A stretch of 64,000 nucleotides of DNA from Chrysemys picta bellii (taxonomy: Eukaryota), in NCBI RefSeq assembly GCF_011386835.1, contig NC_088814.1, positions 1,178,001-1,242,000 of the forward strand. The letters are read 5' to 3'. Below, in pieces: positions 13,701 to 27,100 of this stretch; positions within the stretch are counted from its first letter, which is position 1, and each line of letters starts with the position of its first letter. Made by a program: the position numbers and the translations under genes. The notes beneath the pieces were generated by a model. It was not told the DNA's origin. It was given only the letters and a program-made list of their open reading frames with translations, and did no database searches.

Positions 13701-16700
13701 GAGCCCCGCGGCGACAGGTGAGAAGAGGCCCCGCCCCCTTCCTCCATCTCCCCCCCCCCCCGGCCCGACCCTCCCCTACTGGGCCACCGCCCCCCCTTAG
13801 GCCTGATCCCCCCCCGCTGGGCCCCTTGATCCCTCCCGATCCTTTCCCCCCCCCCGCGGGGCCGCCCCCCCCCAGGCCCGACCCTCCCCTACTGGGCTAC
13901 CCCCCCCCGCCGCCCTCCTCAGGCCCGACCCTCCCTCCGCCGGGCCGGCCCCCTTCGACCCTCCCGATCCTTCCCCCCCCCCCCCCCTCAGGCCTGATCC
14001 TCCCCTCCCCCCGCTGGGCCCCTTCGTCCCTCCCGATCCTTCCCCCCCCCCCCCGCTGGGCCGCCCCCCCCCCCTCAGGCCTGATCCTCCCCCCGCTGGG
14101 CCCCTTCGTCCCTCCCGATCCTCCCCCCCCCTCGTGGGGCCGCCCCCCCCCCCCAGGCCTGACCCTCCCCCATTTCTCCCCCCGCTGGGCCGGGCCCCCT
14201 TCACTCCCGCCCAATCCCCCCCCCTTCCTCCTGCCAGAGTCTGCTCCCCCTCTCCCCAAGGACCAAGCCACCCTTCCCTCCTGCCTGACCACCCCCCACC
14301 GGACCTGGCCCCTTTCCGACCTCCCACCCGACCTCCCCTCCGAAGGGCCAGGCCGCAGTCCCTTGCCTCTGCTGTGGCCAAGCCCTGGCGCTGAGCCTCT
14401 TGTCCCGCTCTCTTCCCTGCAGGAGGAGCCGCTGCAATCCTGCTCCGCTACCTCCGGGACCAGAATCGGCCACACAGCGCCCAGGACGCCTTCGGGAACC
14501 TGCAGCGGGAGCATGGGCTGGGCAAGACGGTGAGAGGCAGGCAGAGCTAGGCGCCTGCCCCGATGCACCTGCTATAGAGGCTCCCCAGTCTCCCCCACCC
14601 CCATGGCTTGGATGCTTGGAGCAAGGCCCCTGTGGCACCAAGGCGGGTCAGAGCCTTCCACCCAAGCAAGAAGCTGGTAGGGAGCGGGAGACTTAGTGAC
14701 CCTGCCAGATGGGTGGGAGCTCACTCTGCCACTGCCTCCCTTCCCCAGAGATTGTCCCACAGCAGCGCGAGAAACCCCCAGCCTCTCACTAACCCATATT
14801 GCAGGCAGGTGGTGGGTGGCAGCGAGAGCCCCTTGGAGAGATGCACAGATGGTTGGCTGCGTGGGCAGATACCATATCTGTAGCTGTAACAACACACACA
14901 GCCCTTAAGGCCTGTCTAGTTCATCTCTTCCCTGCCCAGCTTAGACCCCAGGGTAGCTTTCTGGTGCTCTGTCCAGTTCTCATGTGGACTCCTGTGCCTC
15001 TTTGCATCAGGCTGTGGTGAAAGCACTGGAGCAGCTGGCTCAACAAGGGAAAATAAGAGAGAAGGCTTATGGGAAACAGAAAATATACTTTCCAGACCAG
15101 GTGAGATGAATCAGTTCAATTTCCCTAGGAAACAAAAACAATGTTGAGTGAAAAACTAAACAGACCAGCCCCAACGAAAGCCTTTTGGCGAGGCACGGCC
15201 TTCCCTGCGGTCTTCGTTAACGTGCTGACAGCACTCTTGGTGCTGCCTCAGGCACAGAGGAGACACTGTCAAGAAGCTTTTATTTACATAGCGGTTCAGC
15301 ACAAAATGCACTAGGAGACTCCAGTATGTATGTTTATATGGGCACCTGCGGCTTTCCTCACACTTCAAAGCAACGTAAGCTGGTTTGCGTTTATTCCATT
15401 CAAATGCTTTGGTTCTTCCTTTTACTTTGGATTATTTGTTTAAAGAAACCCAGCACTCCGCTGTTCAATAACGTAAACCCTGCTGTTTCTGTAACATCCT
15501 AGACAATGTCACCAGTTTAGACTATAATGTAATAAATACGAACTTTTGTTAATATTAACAATGACCAAAGCTATGCCATTCTAGCCCATTTATCAGCACT
15601 CTTCCCATCCCCTCATAACCAATGGAGATGATACCTTTAGGAGCACACTGTGTATGGCTGATCTCGAGAACTGCAGCAAGCTGTCATGGGAACAAATGTC
15701 TCTAAGATCTGTCAAAAATGGGTGGTGGTGACTGTCCAGGGAACATGTTTTCTGTAATTCATAATGCGTCCTCTTTCTTCTCTCTCAGGATCAGTTTCCC
15801 ACAGTGAGTGACTCTGAGCTTAAAGCCTTGGACAACGAAATCTCGGAACTTTCTTCAAAAGTACAAACCCTTCAACAGAGCTGCCGCCATATGGAATCAG
15901 GTGTGTTTGAATGTCCACTTCTACTGCCAGGTTTATTTCAAAGTAGATTAGCTCTGAAGCTGAACCGGCATGGAGTGTGTGTGAGGCAGCGCAGTGTGGC
16001 ACCAGCATGGAGCGTGTGTTTTGAGGCATCGCATTGCGGTGCCAGCATGGAGTGTAGCGTCATGCAGACATTAATGCTAGCTGTTGAGCTTTAGCTGTGG
16101 GCATCCCTGGGTAACTAGCAATTCCATTCCAGAACTGAAGGATCTGAATGGCTCAATGACAACCCCAGAGATGATTAAAGAGATTGAAGAGTTAAAAAAA
16201 GATTGTGCCAGTTACACAGAGAAACTGGAGCGAATTAAATCTGCAGCCAACCATGTGACTCCTGAAGAGAAAGAGAAGGTAAAGAGCTGGAAGGGGCTGT
16301 GCCACTGAACACAGCAGCTGAGAGCCCAGCTCAATGCTACTTGTCTTAACAAAATGCTGAATAAATTATCCTTCGAGGTAGACAGGGAATAGCTTGTCCC
16401 TTCTGGACGGGTCTTCTATTTCTGTAAGCAGGTGGTGTGTCTGAATGTGAGGATGAAAGGCACCTTAGAATGCTGACAGACGTTTCGAATCTGACATCAA
16501 ACACTGAAGAATTGGAGTGGTTGTGGGAGAAGTTTGAAACTCTAGCACAAACTGTCCTCTCCTCAATTAACTTCCCAATGTTCCTGTTCATAGGCTAGGG
16601 CTGTGCTTTTGTGGCCTCATCTCTGAAGTGTAATCACGCTACCTGGGCATTACCTGCCAGGCACGCTGAAGTGCTGGTCAGCTTTAAGTATGGCTAACTC

Positions 16701-18297
16701 CAGCATGGAGCCAAACCCAGAGTCTGATGTCGTTGGAAATGTCCTGCTCCCTACTGTTCTCAGCAGACCCTTCACTGTGTGCCTCCTTAGGTTGTGTGTA
16801 TCTAGAGGGGGCAGCTGTAAGTTCCTGAGTGACTCTTGCCTGCAGCCCTTTGCTCTGGGTTGTCATTTTGTTAATACAGAAATTCAACGTTTTAGCCTCT
16901 CAAATCATCCATTTTAAAAGGAGACCCACTTCCAAAGAGCTTATTTGTCAGACAGTTGCCTGCACTGTGTGATGGTCTTGAACATCTTGCTCTGGCCTGG
17001 CCTCCCCTCCTAGCAGTAGTTCCTTGGTTCACACTAGCGAGTGGTTGGGTTTCATGTTACTCACTCAGTCTTGTTGGTTGCAGGTTTACAACGAGAAAAA
17101 GCTGTACTGCAAAGAATGGAGGAGGAGGAAGAGAATGGTAGCCACCTTTATTATGAATACTGGGTAGATGGGCACCATTGGGTGGTGGCAATGATACCCG
17201 AGAGGCGACGTGGTGTTTCATTCAGGGAAAAAATGCTAGCGACTTAATGATTTATGGAGCAGCCCTGTGGGTCTGTGCTCGCTGAGCATCTTGCTTCCAT
17301 AGCCGGCTGCCAAGCCAGCCAAGAACCTCTGTAGCACACTCCGCTTACGCTAGTCTTGAAGTGGCGATGCCTGGGCCCTTCTGGTGTCACCCAGGAGGAG
17401 GAACCACAAGGCCACTTCTCCCCACTCTAATGCTGCTGTTCTCCAGCTTCCATCCCATAGTTTCTAGTTCTGGGAGAGCAGCCATCCTGGTGACCTCTTC
17501 CTGGGCTCTGATTTCTGCTTTCCAATGTATGGACATAGCAAGACAAGCTCCCAACCATCCTCTCTGGCTTGCCAGTGGCAGCTCCCTCTGTCACTCACCA
17601 GTCCTCTTGTTTGGGGGTTTACAGTCTAATCGTGATGCCAAACTGCCACTTTCAATGGACCAGTGGGTGATTATCACTTTCAGCCCTGAAATATAGGGGT
17701 GAAAGGAGCCCCACAGCTGTCTGGTAGGGGCCATTAGCCTCTCCTTTGTGTGTAATGGCTAACTGGGAGGAGACCTGACTTCAGCAGCCTGGGGAGTGGC
17801 CTCTGTTGAGGGGGGGTGCAAGGCAGGCCTGCACCCTAGGAAGCCTCACTGCTTGTGACCACGGGGGCTAATGCTTTGGCCTTTGCTAAGCTGTGTACTT
17901 AAGGCTTGTCCCACTGGTGAGCTTGCCCAGGTTTCACTTACTGTGTCTGTTTCCTGAAGAAACGAAGCTAAATATTCTTTCAAATTATTTTGTCTTACCA
18001 GGCGACTGAGCTCCTTGATGCGATTCTGGAGGGCTACCCCAAAAGCAAGAAACAGTTCTTTGTAAGTACGGCCATATCCACCTGCCTTTGACTAACCCAA
18101 ATCCGCAGTTCTTCTGCTGCAAGTGTAACCCTCAGCAAGTCCCACAGTGCTGGAAAGGGCCCTGTTTCTCTGTGCTGTACAGCCCGCTTAACTCTCCTCT
18201 GTGCTCTTGGTAAAGAGGCTGCATTGTTCTTGTGCAGGAGGAAGTTGGGATAGAGACGGATGAGGATTACAATGTCACTTTGCCGGTGGCTGTCTGA
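13684..18297 (+). CDS. PSMC3IP: Homologous-pairing protein 2 (HOP2/TBPIP), 8 coding exons, 220 aa
   Basis: Exons 13684-13717, 14423-14529, 15011-15100, 15789-15900, 16133-16278, 17084-17137, 18002-18061 and 18238-18297 (TGA) total 663 nt. Peptides include ILLRYLRDQNRPHSAQDAFGNLQREHGLGK, YGKQKIYF, EWRRRKRMATELLDAILEGYPKSKKQFFEEVGIETDEDYNVTLP. Confidence 0.97.
13740..14230. repeat. C-rich degenerate tandem repeat, PSMC3IP intron 1
   Basis: Units like CCCCCCAGGCCTGATCCTCCCCCCGCTGGGCCCCTTCGTCCCTCCCGATCCT. Confidence 0.85.
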
Positions 18298-21193
18298 GTT
18301 GCTGACAGGAGCCACTGCTCCAGGGGAGAAAATTGGCCAGTCTGGAACCCAACAGAAGCCGCTTCTGAAACTTGCACTGTTTGTAGGGCTTGGTTTTGTC
18401 CTGAGTCTTTTATGTATGTTTATGTTTTAAAATGCTTTGCAGTCAGGAGGGTGGCTAGAGGGGTTGAGGCAGCTCCAGGCCCCATCATATTCTCATTTGC
18501 AGTGGAGTCCCGTTTTTATTATCCTTTGTTGCAATGAGCAGTTGGGATGGTGCCTCTCCACTGGGCTAGGGGTGTGTTGGATTGCCAACAAGTAGGTGAG
18601 TTTGTTCTAGCAAAGGGAGGAAAGGAGCGTCTAGGAGAGGGGAAAGAAACTAGTTGTTTAACTGTGTAGGGATGTACTAGCATCTCAGTGTATTTAATAG
18701 AGAGGGTGGGAAACGCTTCCCCCAGCATCTACCATGCCGTAATGCTGTATACAGGAGTGTGATTCATTAAACACCACTGTGTCTCATCTTAGCCCTGCTG
18801 CTTCCATAATTATTTCTCACCCTGCATGTCCTGGCCGTAGCAAGACTGGCTTCCCGCCTGCTCTCTGGAGTCTTGGCCGCTTTGCTCACACAAAAGGGAG
18901 CTTGTTTGCATTCCAGTCTGGTTTAACTACGGCTTTGAGACCAGTCGGAGTCAGGCACCCACATAACGGGGGGGGATGAGCAGCGGGGGAGGGCCGTTCC
19001 CATACAGCTGCCGTAACACTGGCTAAGGGGTCAAGCCGGGCATCCTGAAATCACTAGTCACGTCTGAAAAATTGGCCCTTGCCTCATCACCTCTCCTAGC
19101 AAACCCAATGATTCTGTGTCAGAAATAAACAAACTGAGGGGGACAATCCTTAAAATGCTTAGCAAAAATTTATTATAATTACTTTTCATAATAGAAAAAT
19201 ATTTCATTTCCACCTGAGTGAGGTCTGTAAAAAGCAATGTCCTTTGAGAAATACACATGCCACTTATTAGTAACCAGCACAGGCTATTGGTTCTGCAAAC
19301 AGGTGCTTTCCTTACAGCAAAGCAACATCTTACAAGAGTTACAGGCCTGTGCTTGAGTACGGGCCTAGCGGTAGCTTCCCCTGTTGTGTGCAATTCACTT
19401 CAGCAGTTGGACGTGTCACTGCAAACAAACTCTTGAACTTCCATGGGGCTGTATGCTGCATTTGGACCGACAGGGACACTCAATGCAAGCTTTGTAGAAG
19501 TGCTTTGTTTTATAAAAGACCAACAAGAATATTTCCTTGATTAAATGGAAACATTATGCCCCTGCTTCAGTGTTTGAAAGGCAGACAGACAGCACCCAGA
19601 AACTACCGTACCCCAACTGAAAGACATGCACAACAGCCATTAACATGGGATTTGTAGAGGTGTGGTAGGAACACAATTGAAAATCGACAAATACTGTTGT
19701 AAGAGTGTCACTTTGCTGGGGTAATTCCAATAGTGTCACCTTGTTTGAGTAGTAAAATGCCATTGCTGCTTTAGCAGGCAGCTGCCAGCTGCTGTTAATA
19801 GACCTGTAGGGCTACAGGGAAAGAAACAGGGTGTCACTGATTGAAATTGTCCCAGACAAGCAGCTGTCTGCAAAACGTAAACTGGTAACACCTTAGTGTG
19901 ATTTTTTTTTTCAATGCATTATAAAAATCAAGGCTTTATTATATATAAAACTGTCGTTCTAAACAAGAGCAGACGTCTACTTAGAATCCACAGCAGCTCT
20001 GTGCTACACTAGTCTACTTTCCCACACAGTGTGACTTCATCAGAAAGTGCCCAGTCATATAAAGCCCGACAGAGATCAGCCTCTGTGCCGATAAAGCTGG
20101 AGAAAGCTGCACTCATGTTTAATTGTTTAGGAAACACGGCTAGAGTCGAAAAGGCCAAGTCAGCAGCTGGCTCAAGTGAAGGCCGAGGCCATGATCATCT
20201 GCACAAGAGGGAGAGTCCCTTCACCACTGGGATTAAGTGCCTCTCCTTGTGGCAGCGAGGGGCCAACCCACCAGCTTCCTTTGCATGGCCTTTTGGAAAG
20301 TCATTCTGCACCAGTAAAGCAAGCAGCCTTCCATCCCCAGGCAGAACTAGATGATCGGGATTGAGGCACATCGGAATTGCTAGTCCAGAACCCATCTCGA
20401 CAGTAACTAGAACCAGCTGCTTCAGAGGAAGGTGCAAGAATGGGAGAACCTGTGCCAAGGGAAGCTTCTTCCTAACGCCCTTTTGTAGAGGACAGTTTGT
20501 TGCCTGGTGCAGGAGGGTTCATAGCCCAGCCAAAGTCTTTAATCCTAATGTGGCAACTAGCTCTGGGGGGGAGAGGTCGTCCTGCATTGCCCCATGGAAA
20601 GGTGCCTGGGTAGCTGCAATGTCAGCAAGTGCTTACCTGGAAACCAAAGAGCCTGTGCTCCATCTGTTCTCCAGCTCACGCCCAGGCTCTGTGGTTTTCA
20701 GGGCATGCATCCCACCAGGCAGTAGATGTGCAGTGCTAAGATGATGCCATTCCCCCCCCCCCTCAGGGAGCAGGACAATCTGACTGCTACAAAGCAGATC
20801 CCTCCCACCAGCTGAGCTACTGCCACTCTTGCAAGAGTCAGGGGCTCAGGCGAGGTCCGTTCACTGCCATGCCAGTTTGGGTGAGAGCCCCTCCTGCCTT
20901 CCTTTGGGGCAACGAGAAGTGTATTTAATCCACATCTAAACTCCCTTCTCTGCTGACTGAGTCCCTACGCAGCCTCTAGTGCTACAGACTGCGACAGGGT
21001 CTGTGGAGAGGTACGTACAGCCCAGTTTGGGTTTTTGGTCAATACAATAAATATTCCAGAGAGAAGCTTTAAGAACCACCCCGAGGGAAACAGACCAGCC
21101 CTTCCTGGAGTCTGTTTCCCTGCTGGGCGGCACCCCACAGCACTGGGGATGACGAGCGCAGGCCCGTGCTGCTGGGGCACGGGAGGGAGAGAG

Positions 21194-24100
21194 TCAATAG
21201 AGCTGATTCTTCAGCTGATGCAGAACCCCCAGCACGATGTCCCGCAGAGTCTGAGGAGAACAAGGAAGAGGCAGGATCAGTCACTCTGCGGGATGAAGAA
21301 ACATTCACCTTGGCAATGCCTCTGTGGGTTCCAGAACAGGCCTGGGAACTCCTTACAGAGGGGAATAAGTGTGTAGAAAGGCAGCTGGATAACAGTTGCG
21401 TCAGCCACGCACAGTGGTGTTTATGGGAACAAACCTGAGGGTGGGGGGTATATGGCTTCAGTACCTCAGTATTACTGGGAGTACAGGCCCTGCCAGCTTG
21501 GATCAGACCAAGGGTCAGTCCTGGCCAGCAGAACCAGCTGCTTTAGCGAGAGAGCCTAGGGCAAGGAGTGGTATGACTCAGGGAAGGTTCTCCTTAGCCC
21601 CCATCAGCTAGAGCCTCATCTATGCTCTGAAGCAGGAGGGTTTCTATCCCTCTCAAAGCTCGTGTTTGCTGGTCTCATGCTGGGGCTCTTGTTCGCCAGC
21701 TAAGTGCATCAGGGTCTCTCTCTGCTGAGAAAAGAACCCCACAGCAGCAAGTTTCAGAGCCTGGGTCAGGTAACTCGGGCTTGCAGAGCTTGCGCTCTGG
21801 GGCTCAAAATAGCAGAGTAGATGTCCCCACTCAGGCTAGAGCCTGGACTCTGAAACACTCCCCTCTGCAGGTTTGCAGAGCCTGGGCTCTGAGCCTCGCT
21901 GCTGCAGGGGGTTTTGCAGTGTAGATGTACCCTTGGGTTTGCCTGATCTCCTGTGGCAGACAGCACTACCCTGCCAGCTGCATGTCGGGGGAAAGTTTCT
22001 CCCTCTATTCATTTTGAATTTGCCACTTTCAATTTCACACACGGTCCCTTTGCTCATTATGAGACAGGGAGAACAGAAGTTCTCCATCTCCCTCCTCAGC
22101 ACCAGGCACTATTTTGCATCTCTTTATCATGTCCCCTGTTCTGCCTCTGGTAGACAGTCCCAGGCTTTCTGTGCCCCTAGTCGTTCTCGTCACTTGTCTC
22201 TGAACTGTCTACTTGTGCTTTGTCCTCTTTGAGATGGGGTGACGGGAACCGCATTCACTATCTCCATCCTGGTCTTTAAACCTCCTATCGTGCTTGGATT
22301 GCTGCCAGGTGCTGAACTGGCCCTGGCGCTGGTTAATTAGAGCCCAGTAAGGTGTCGGAATAGTTCAAGCCGTTCCCTCCAACGTGCATTGCTTTGCATT
22401 TGTATCTACTGTAGCTATCTGGCCCTATGCAGGCGCCTGCCCTGTGTTACTATGTGTGGCTCCTAGTTCTTACCTGTGGTTTACAATGCTCTTCAATCCA
22501 GCTGAAGACACAGGCTGAAAGTTCCTGAAAACTTGTTACCGAGATGGAGGCATTAAAGGACTGGAACAGTGAATCCATGATGCCTTGGAAAACATTAAAC
22601 TTGACTTGGTCAGAGACCTGGTCTTTCCCCTCATTTGGATTATCCTGATGAGCTTTCACAATCTGCTCATAGTTTCTGAAACAAACCAAAGAAACCTGGA
22701 TAAAACGGCAGGCTTGGGAAGCCGGCTCTGGCCTCAGACACTTTCCAAAGCTCTGTTTGATCTGTGAGAGAGACCAAAGATGTGCCGCGGAGTTTGCTTG
22801 TTTGTGTTAACTTTGCTTGTTAGGACCATAAGGCAACTCTCAGACTGGTTGTATGGTTAAGGTAGCAGGCTCTGGGCTTAAATTCCTCAAATTAAAAACC
22901 CTTGCTCAGCCCATGCCCCTTGCACTGTACTGGGATCTGTGTCAGATACAAACCACTCTGGGATGGAATTGCACAGGACAGAGGGGGAGAAAAAGGTGAG
23001 TATGGTTGTGTCTGCTGCAGTATGTGTAACACAGGGTGTCTGTCTCCCAGGCCCCTCGGGGTGGGAGATGTGTGACAAGTTGCTCCTTACACTTTCATGA
23101 TCTTCAAAGCTGTGACATCTTTCCTGAGTGTAGAAACTTCCTCCTCCTGCTTCTTCTTCTCCTTATGGAGGAACTGAATGTAGTCAATGGCTGAAAAGCA
23201 AAGGGAGGACGAGGATTTAGGACGCTCGAGACAGGTCACAGTGATGCCGCTCAGCAGGGGACAGGTCGAGCAGACACTGGGGCACCTGCAGGATTGATTC
23301 ATGGCCCTAGATTTCATCCCCACAGGCCTCATGCATCCAAACTGACCAGGAGCCAGGCTCCCCTGTGCCTCCTCTCCTCAGAGGGTCTCAGTGCTTCACA
23401 ACCGGCTCCTGGGAGGGGCAGCGAGGTGCTCTAGATCATATGCTAGCAGTGGCCAAGCTGGGAGGCATCTCAGCCTCCTAAGCCCTAGACAGTCTTCCAC
23501 CCTCAACCTAAGTGATTTTGATGCCTGTGAGCTGCAAGAAGTGGCTGACTGGAGGGTACGGGGGCTGGGCACCTGTAACAGTGTGCCTCCCTTGCACTCT
23601 AGGCTGATTGCACAAGTGTTACCCTCAGCAAGAGACCAGGGCAGTGTTAACCTGCAGAGCCAGCTGGGAGGGAGCAGACAACTCAGTGAGGCCTGGAACA
23701 AGGCACCTGCTGTTTTAGTTTTGAATGTCTGCAGGGAGGGTTTAACAGCTCAGAGGACTTTCCCCATCGAACCCCCATGAACGAGGTGGCTCCAATTCTG
23801 GCTGGCCAGTACCCCACTCAGTGACCAGAGGAGTACAGCCGTCCAGCACAGAAGCTATTTGTCACAGTTGTTAGGAATGCCAGCACAGGCCCCGAAATCA
23901 CTCCCCCCAGACTCACTTTTCTGCAGGACGATGGCTTTGCTCAGTTTCTGGGAGCCAATGGAGAAGTCCTGCTGCTGGCATGTGGGAACAATGGTCTGCA
24001 AGTCATCGTAGCCTTTCTGTGGGGGAACAGAGTGAAGTGACAGTGTGTTTTAGATTCAACAGCATGGGATGATGGCAGCTGGCTGGGTAGATGGTGGAAA

Positions 24101-27100
24101 GCTACAGCTCCCCCAGGTTGATACAAACCCCCTACAGCAGTGTTTCCCAAACTTGGGACGCCGCTTGTGTAGGGAAAGTCCCTGGCGGGCTGGGCCGGGT
24201 TGTTTACCTGCCCCGTCCGCAGGTTCGGCCGATCGCAGCTCCCACTGGCCGCGGTTTGCCGCTCCAGGCCAATGGGAGCTGCTGGAAGCAGCTCTGGCCG
24301 AGGGACATACTGGCCACCACTTCCCGCAGCTCCCATTGGCCTAGAGTGGCAAACCGCGGCCAGTGGGAGCCGCGATCAGCCGGACCTGTGGGACAGGGCA
24401 GGTAAACAAACCGGCCCGGTCTGCCAGGGGCTTTCCCTACACAAGCGGCACCCCAAGTTTGGGGGAACATGGAATTTAACAGCTAAATAAATAACACTAG
24501 GTGCTGGTGCTGTAGAATAATGGGTCCTCTGGGTCTGAGGTGAAAGGAAGGCGCTGTCTGAATTCTCTCCCTGCTAGATGCTCTGAGGTTACCTTGATGG
24601 CATCTCGTCTCTTCTGCTCAGCCTGGGTGTGGGCGCGTCTGCGCCGGTCCTTGTACGACTCTTTGTAGGTTTCCTGGTGATAATCGCTGTCTTCGTCATC
24701 TGCAGCGGAAGAATGGTTACCGTCAGCGCTGGGGGCACGTGGCAGCTCCCAGAGCCCAGGAAGCAGAGACAAAAACGGATACCTCCAGTTACTGAGGCAA
24801 CACAGAACCCACGCAGTGTCTGGACTGGGATCATTTAGACACCTGTGCCTGAGAACACCTCCCAGGGACACCACTTAGCTCCCAATTGGATGGACTAGCT
24901 CCAAACAGCTCTTCCAAAAGGGTGGGGCCAAAACACAGTAAAGATCTGCCTGTCCAAGGGCATCATGAATGAGCAGCTGGGGAAATTCATTATAGCAAAG
25001 GCCAATAACAAAGATACTAGGTGCCAACTGGGCCACCTGCTTCTCCTGCAGGTTGGGCCCTGGCTTGTCTAGGCAGGATTCTCACTAGCAGGGCTCTGCC
25101 GCATTACAGATTTCAAGAGGGACTGGGTGTCTAAGCTGAGATCCCTTCCGCAGAGGGGCCAACTTTTCAGCACTTCCTGGAATCAGGCCCCTTTAAGGTG
25201 TCTCAGAATGGGCATCCATCAGCACTCAAAAACCTCGGCCAAGAAGTTTCTTCAGCACTTCACTCCAGCTCTCCTCTGTTCTCCATTACCAGGAGAGTCT
25301 CATCAAACTGCCCTGCAGGAAGCCAGGACACCATCCTCCCTACCCAAGGGCAAGACTTATGCTCTAGCTGGCAGAGGAAGCTCTTGCAATCACAGTCTCT
25401 TACAGAACAGCTACCTAAGGAGAATGAGACTGAACAGGAATACGAGTGAGAGAGTGGGAAAAGCCCCTATTAACTGAAGTGCTGGAGAAGCTGGTGGAAC
25501 ATAGAGAAGGGACCATACCTGTATTGGGGACTGAGGAGGCACTGGTGGAGCCAATGCTGTTAGCTCGGGACACTATGCTTCCTTTCCTAGTGCTTTCCAC
25601 AAAGAGCGCTGAAAGAGAAAATACCACACCGTATTTCCCTAAGTCATGCAGGAGGCAGTGAGTGAGTGTCACTAACCCCCAGAGACACTGCAAACTGGGA
25701 CAGCCAAGGGATCAACTCTAAGAGGCAAGTCACAGGGCAACCAGCTCCAGGGATGAGCAGCTGTTGCAGGCCCAGTCAGTGTGCAGATAAGTACGATGAA
25801 TGCTGACCAGACGTGAAAGCCAACTAAAGCACAGCAATGAAACTCTAATATCCTTTGCACCCGGTTCCCTGTCTGTAAAATGGGGAAAATACATTCTGGG
25901 AGACTTGCAAAGTGCTTCAAGAGCCTCTCATTAAAGGAGCAAAGAATACATTGATAATCGCGACTGTGCTGCTCTTCCGATGAGGAGATGTTAGTCTGGC
26001 TTTAAAAGGCCAAAGGGTCTGATTAGAGACTCTGGATTTGGGCCAAATTTGACCAGATTGTCCCTCTGCTAACAGCATAAGCTAGAGCAAAGGACAAAAG
26101 TGACCAGGGCTCCTTGGCCCATTCAGTCAGCTGTGACCTGACAGAGTTTGGGAGAAGAGGACACACAGCTACTCACAGGGATCCAGTCCACTGTCACTAT
26201 ATGCAGAATCCACCTGGTGCGTTGTAGGATGAGCGAATTACAGCGTGCGGAAACGGGAAGAGAAGAGAGAAAAAGAAACCAACCAGTGAGTGAGGCAGTT
26301 TCCTCTTTAGTGCATTTGCTTTTTTGCGCAATCAACTATTGTGCCAACACGTGACAGCAAGTGGGAACAATGTGGGTGGTCCCATGAGCCCCCACACAAC
26401 ACATCCGCTTTCCAGAAAAACAATGCTGCCCAATTCCCTTGCAGGCTGAAACACGGGTTTGTTCTTCAGTTTAACAAGGCTGTGACTGCAGGATTGATCT
26501 GGTTACAGTTTTACTACACTTTAGTCTAGGAATACATGGTCAGATTTTCAAAAGCATATGCACATTGAGGACAACAGGAGAAGCTGAGTGTTGAGCAATT
26601 GTGAAAATCTGACCCTGGTTCCTGCACAGACTTTGGGCACTTATGGACACATAGTCAACACTTCCTCCCCCTTTTACGTTGTTATATTTATCTGAATGTT
26701 GAGACTGAATACAAGAAAAGACAAATGACCAGGCAGCTCTGCTCCAGGCATTCAGGACAAAACGTTCATAGAAAGTTAAAGCTCAGCCTCTGGCTATGAC
26801 TCTCAAGATACACTGTTTCCTGGATATGCTAAGCAGGAAACCTAAGTGCATTCAACAGCCAAGTCCTCTGCTTGGTTAGTCTCCCTCCATTGGCAGCAGT
26901 TATGTAAGGCCTCCCCCGAGGAACCAAGGATCAGATTTGTAAAGGTATTTAGCTACCTAAAGAAGCAGATAGGCACTTAGTGGCATACCGAAAAGTGCCT
27001 AAGAACCTAAATCCTGGGTCACACAAACTTCCATTGATTTGAGGTTGTGAGCCTTAGTTCCTTTGCAAAATCCCACTAGGCATCTAAACACCTTTACAAA

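Noticed and set aside
13718-14568. Pro-rich and Gly-rich ORFs of 194-271 aa
   Set aside because: These come from the low-complexity repeat in PSMC3IP intron 1.
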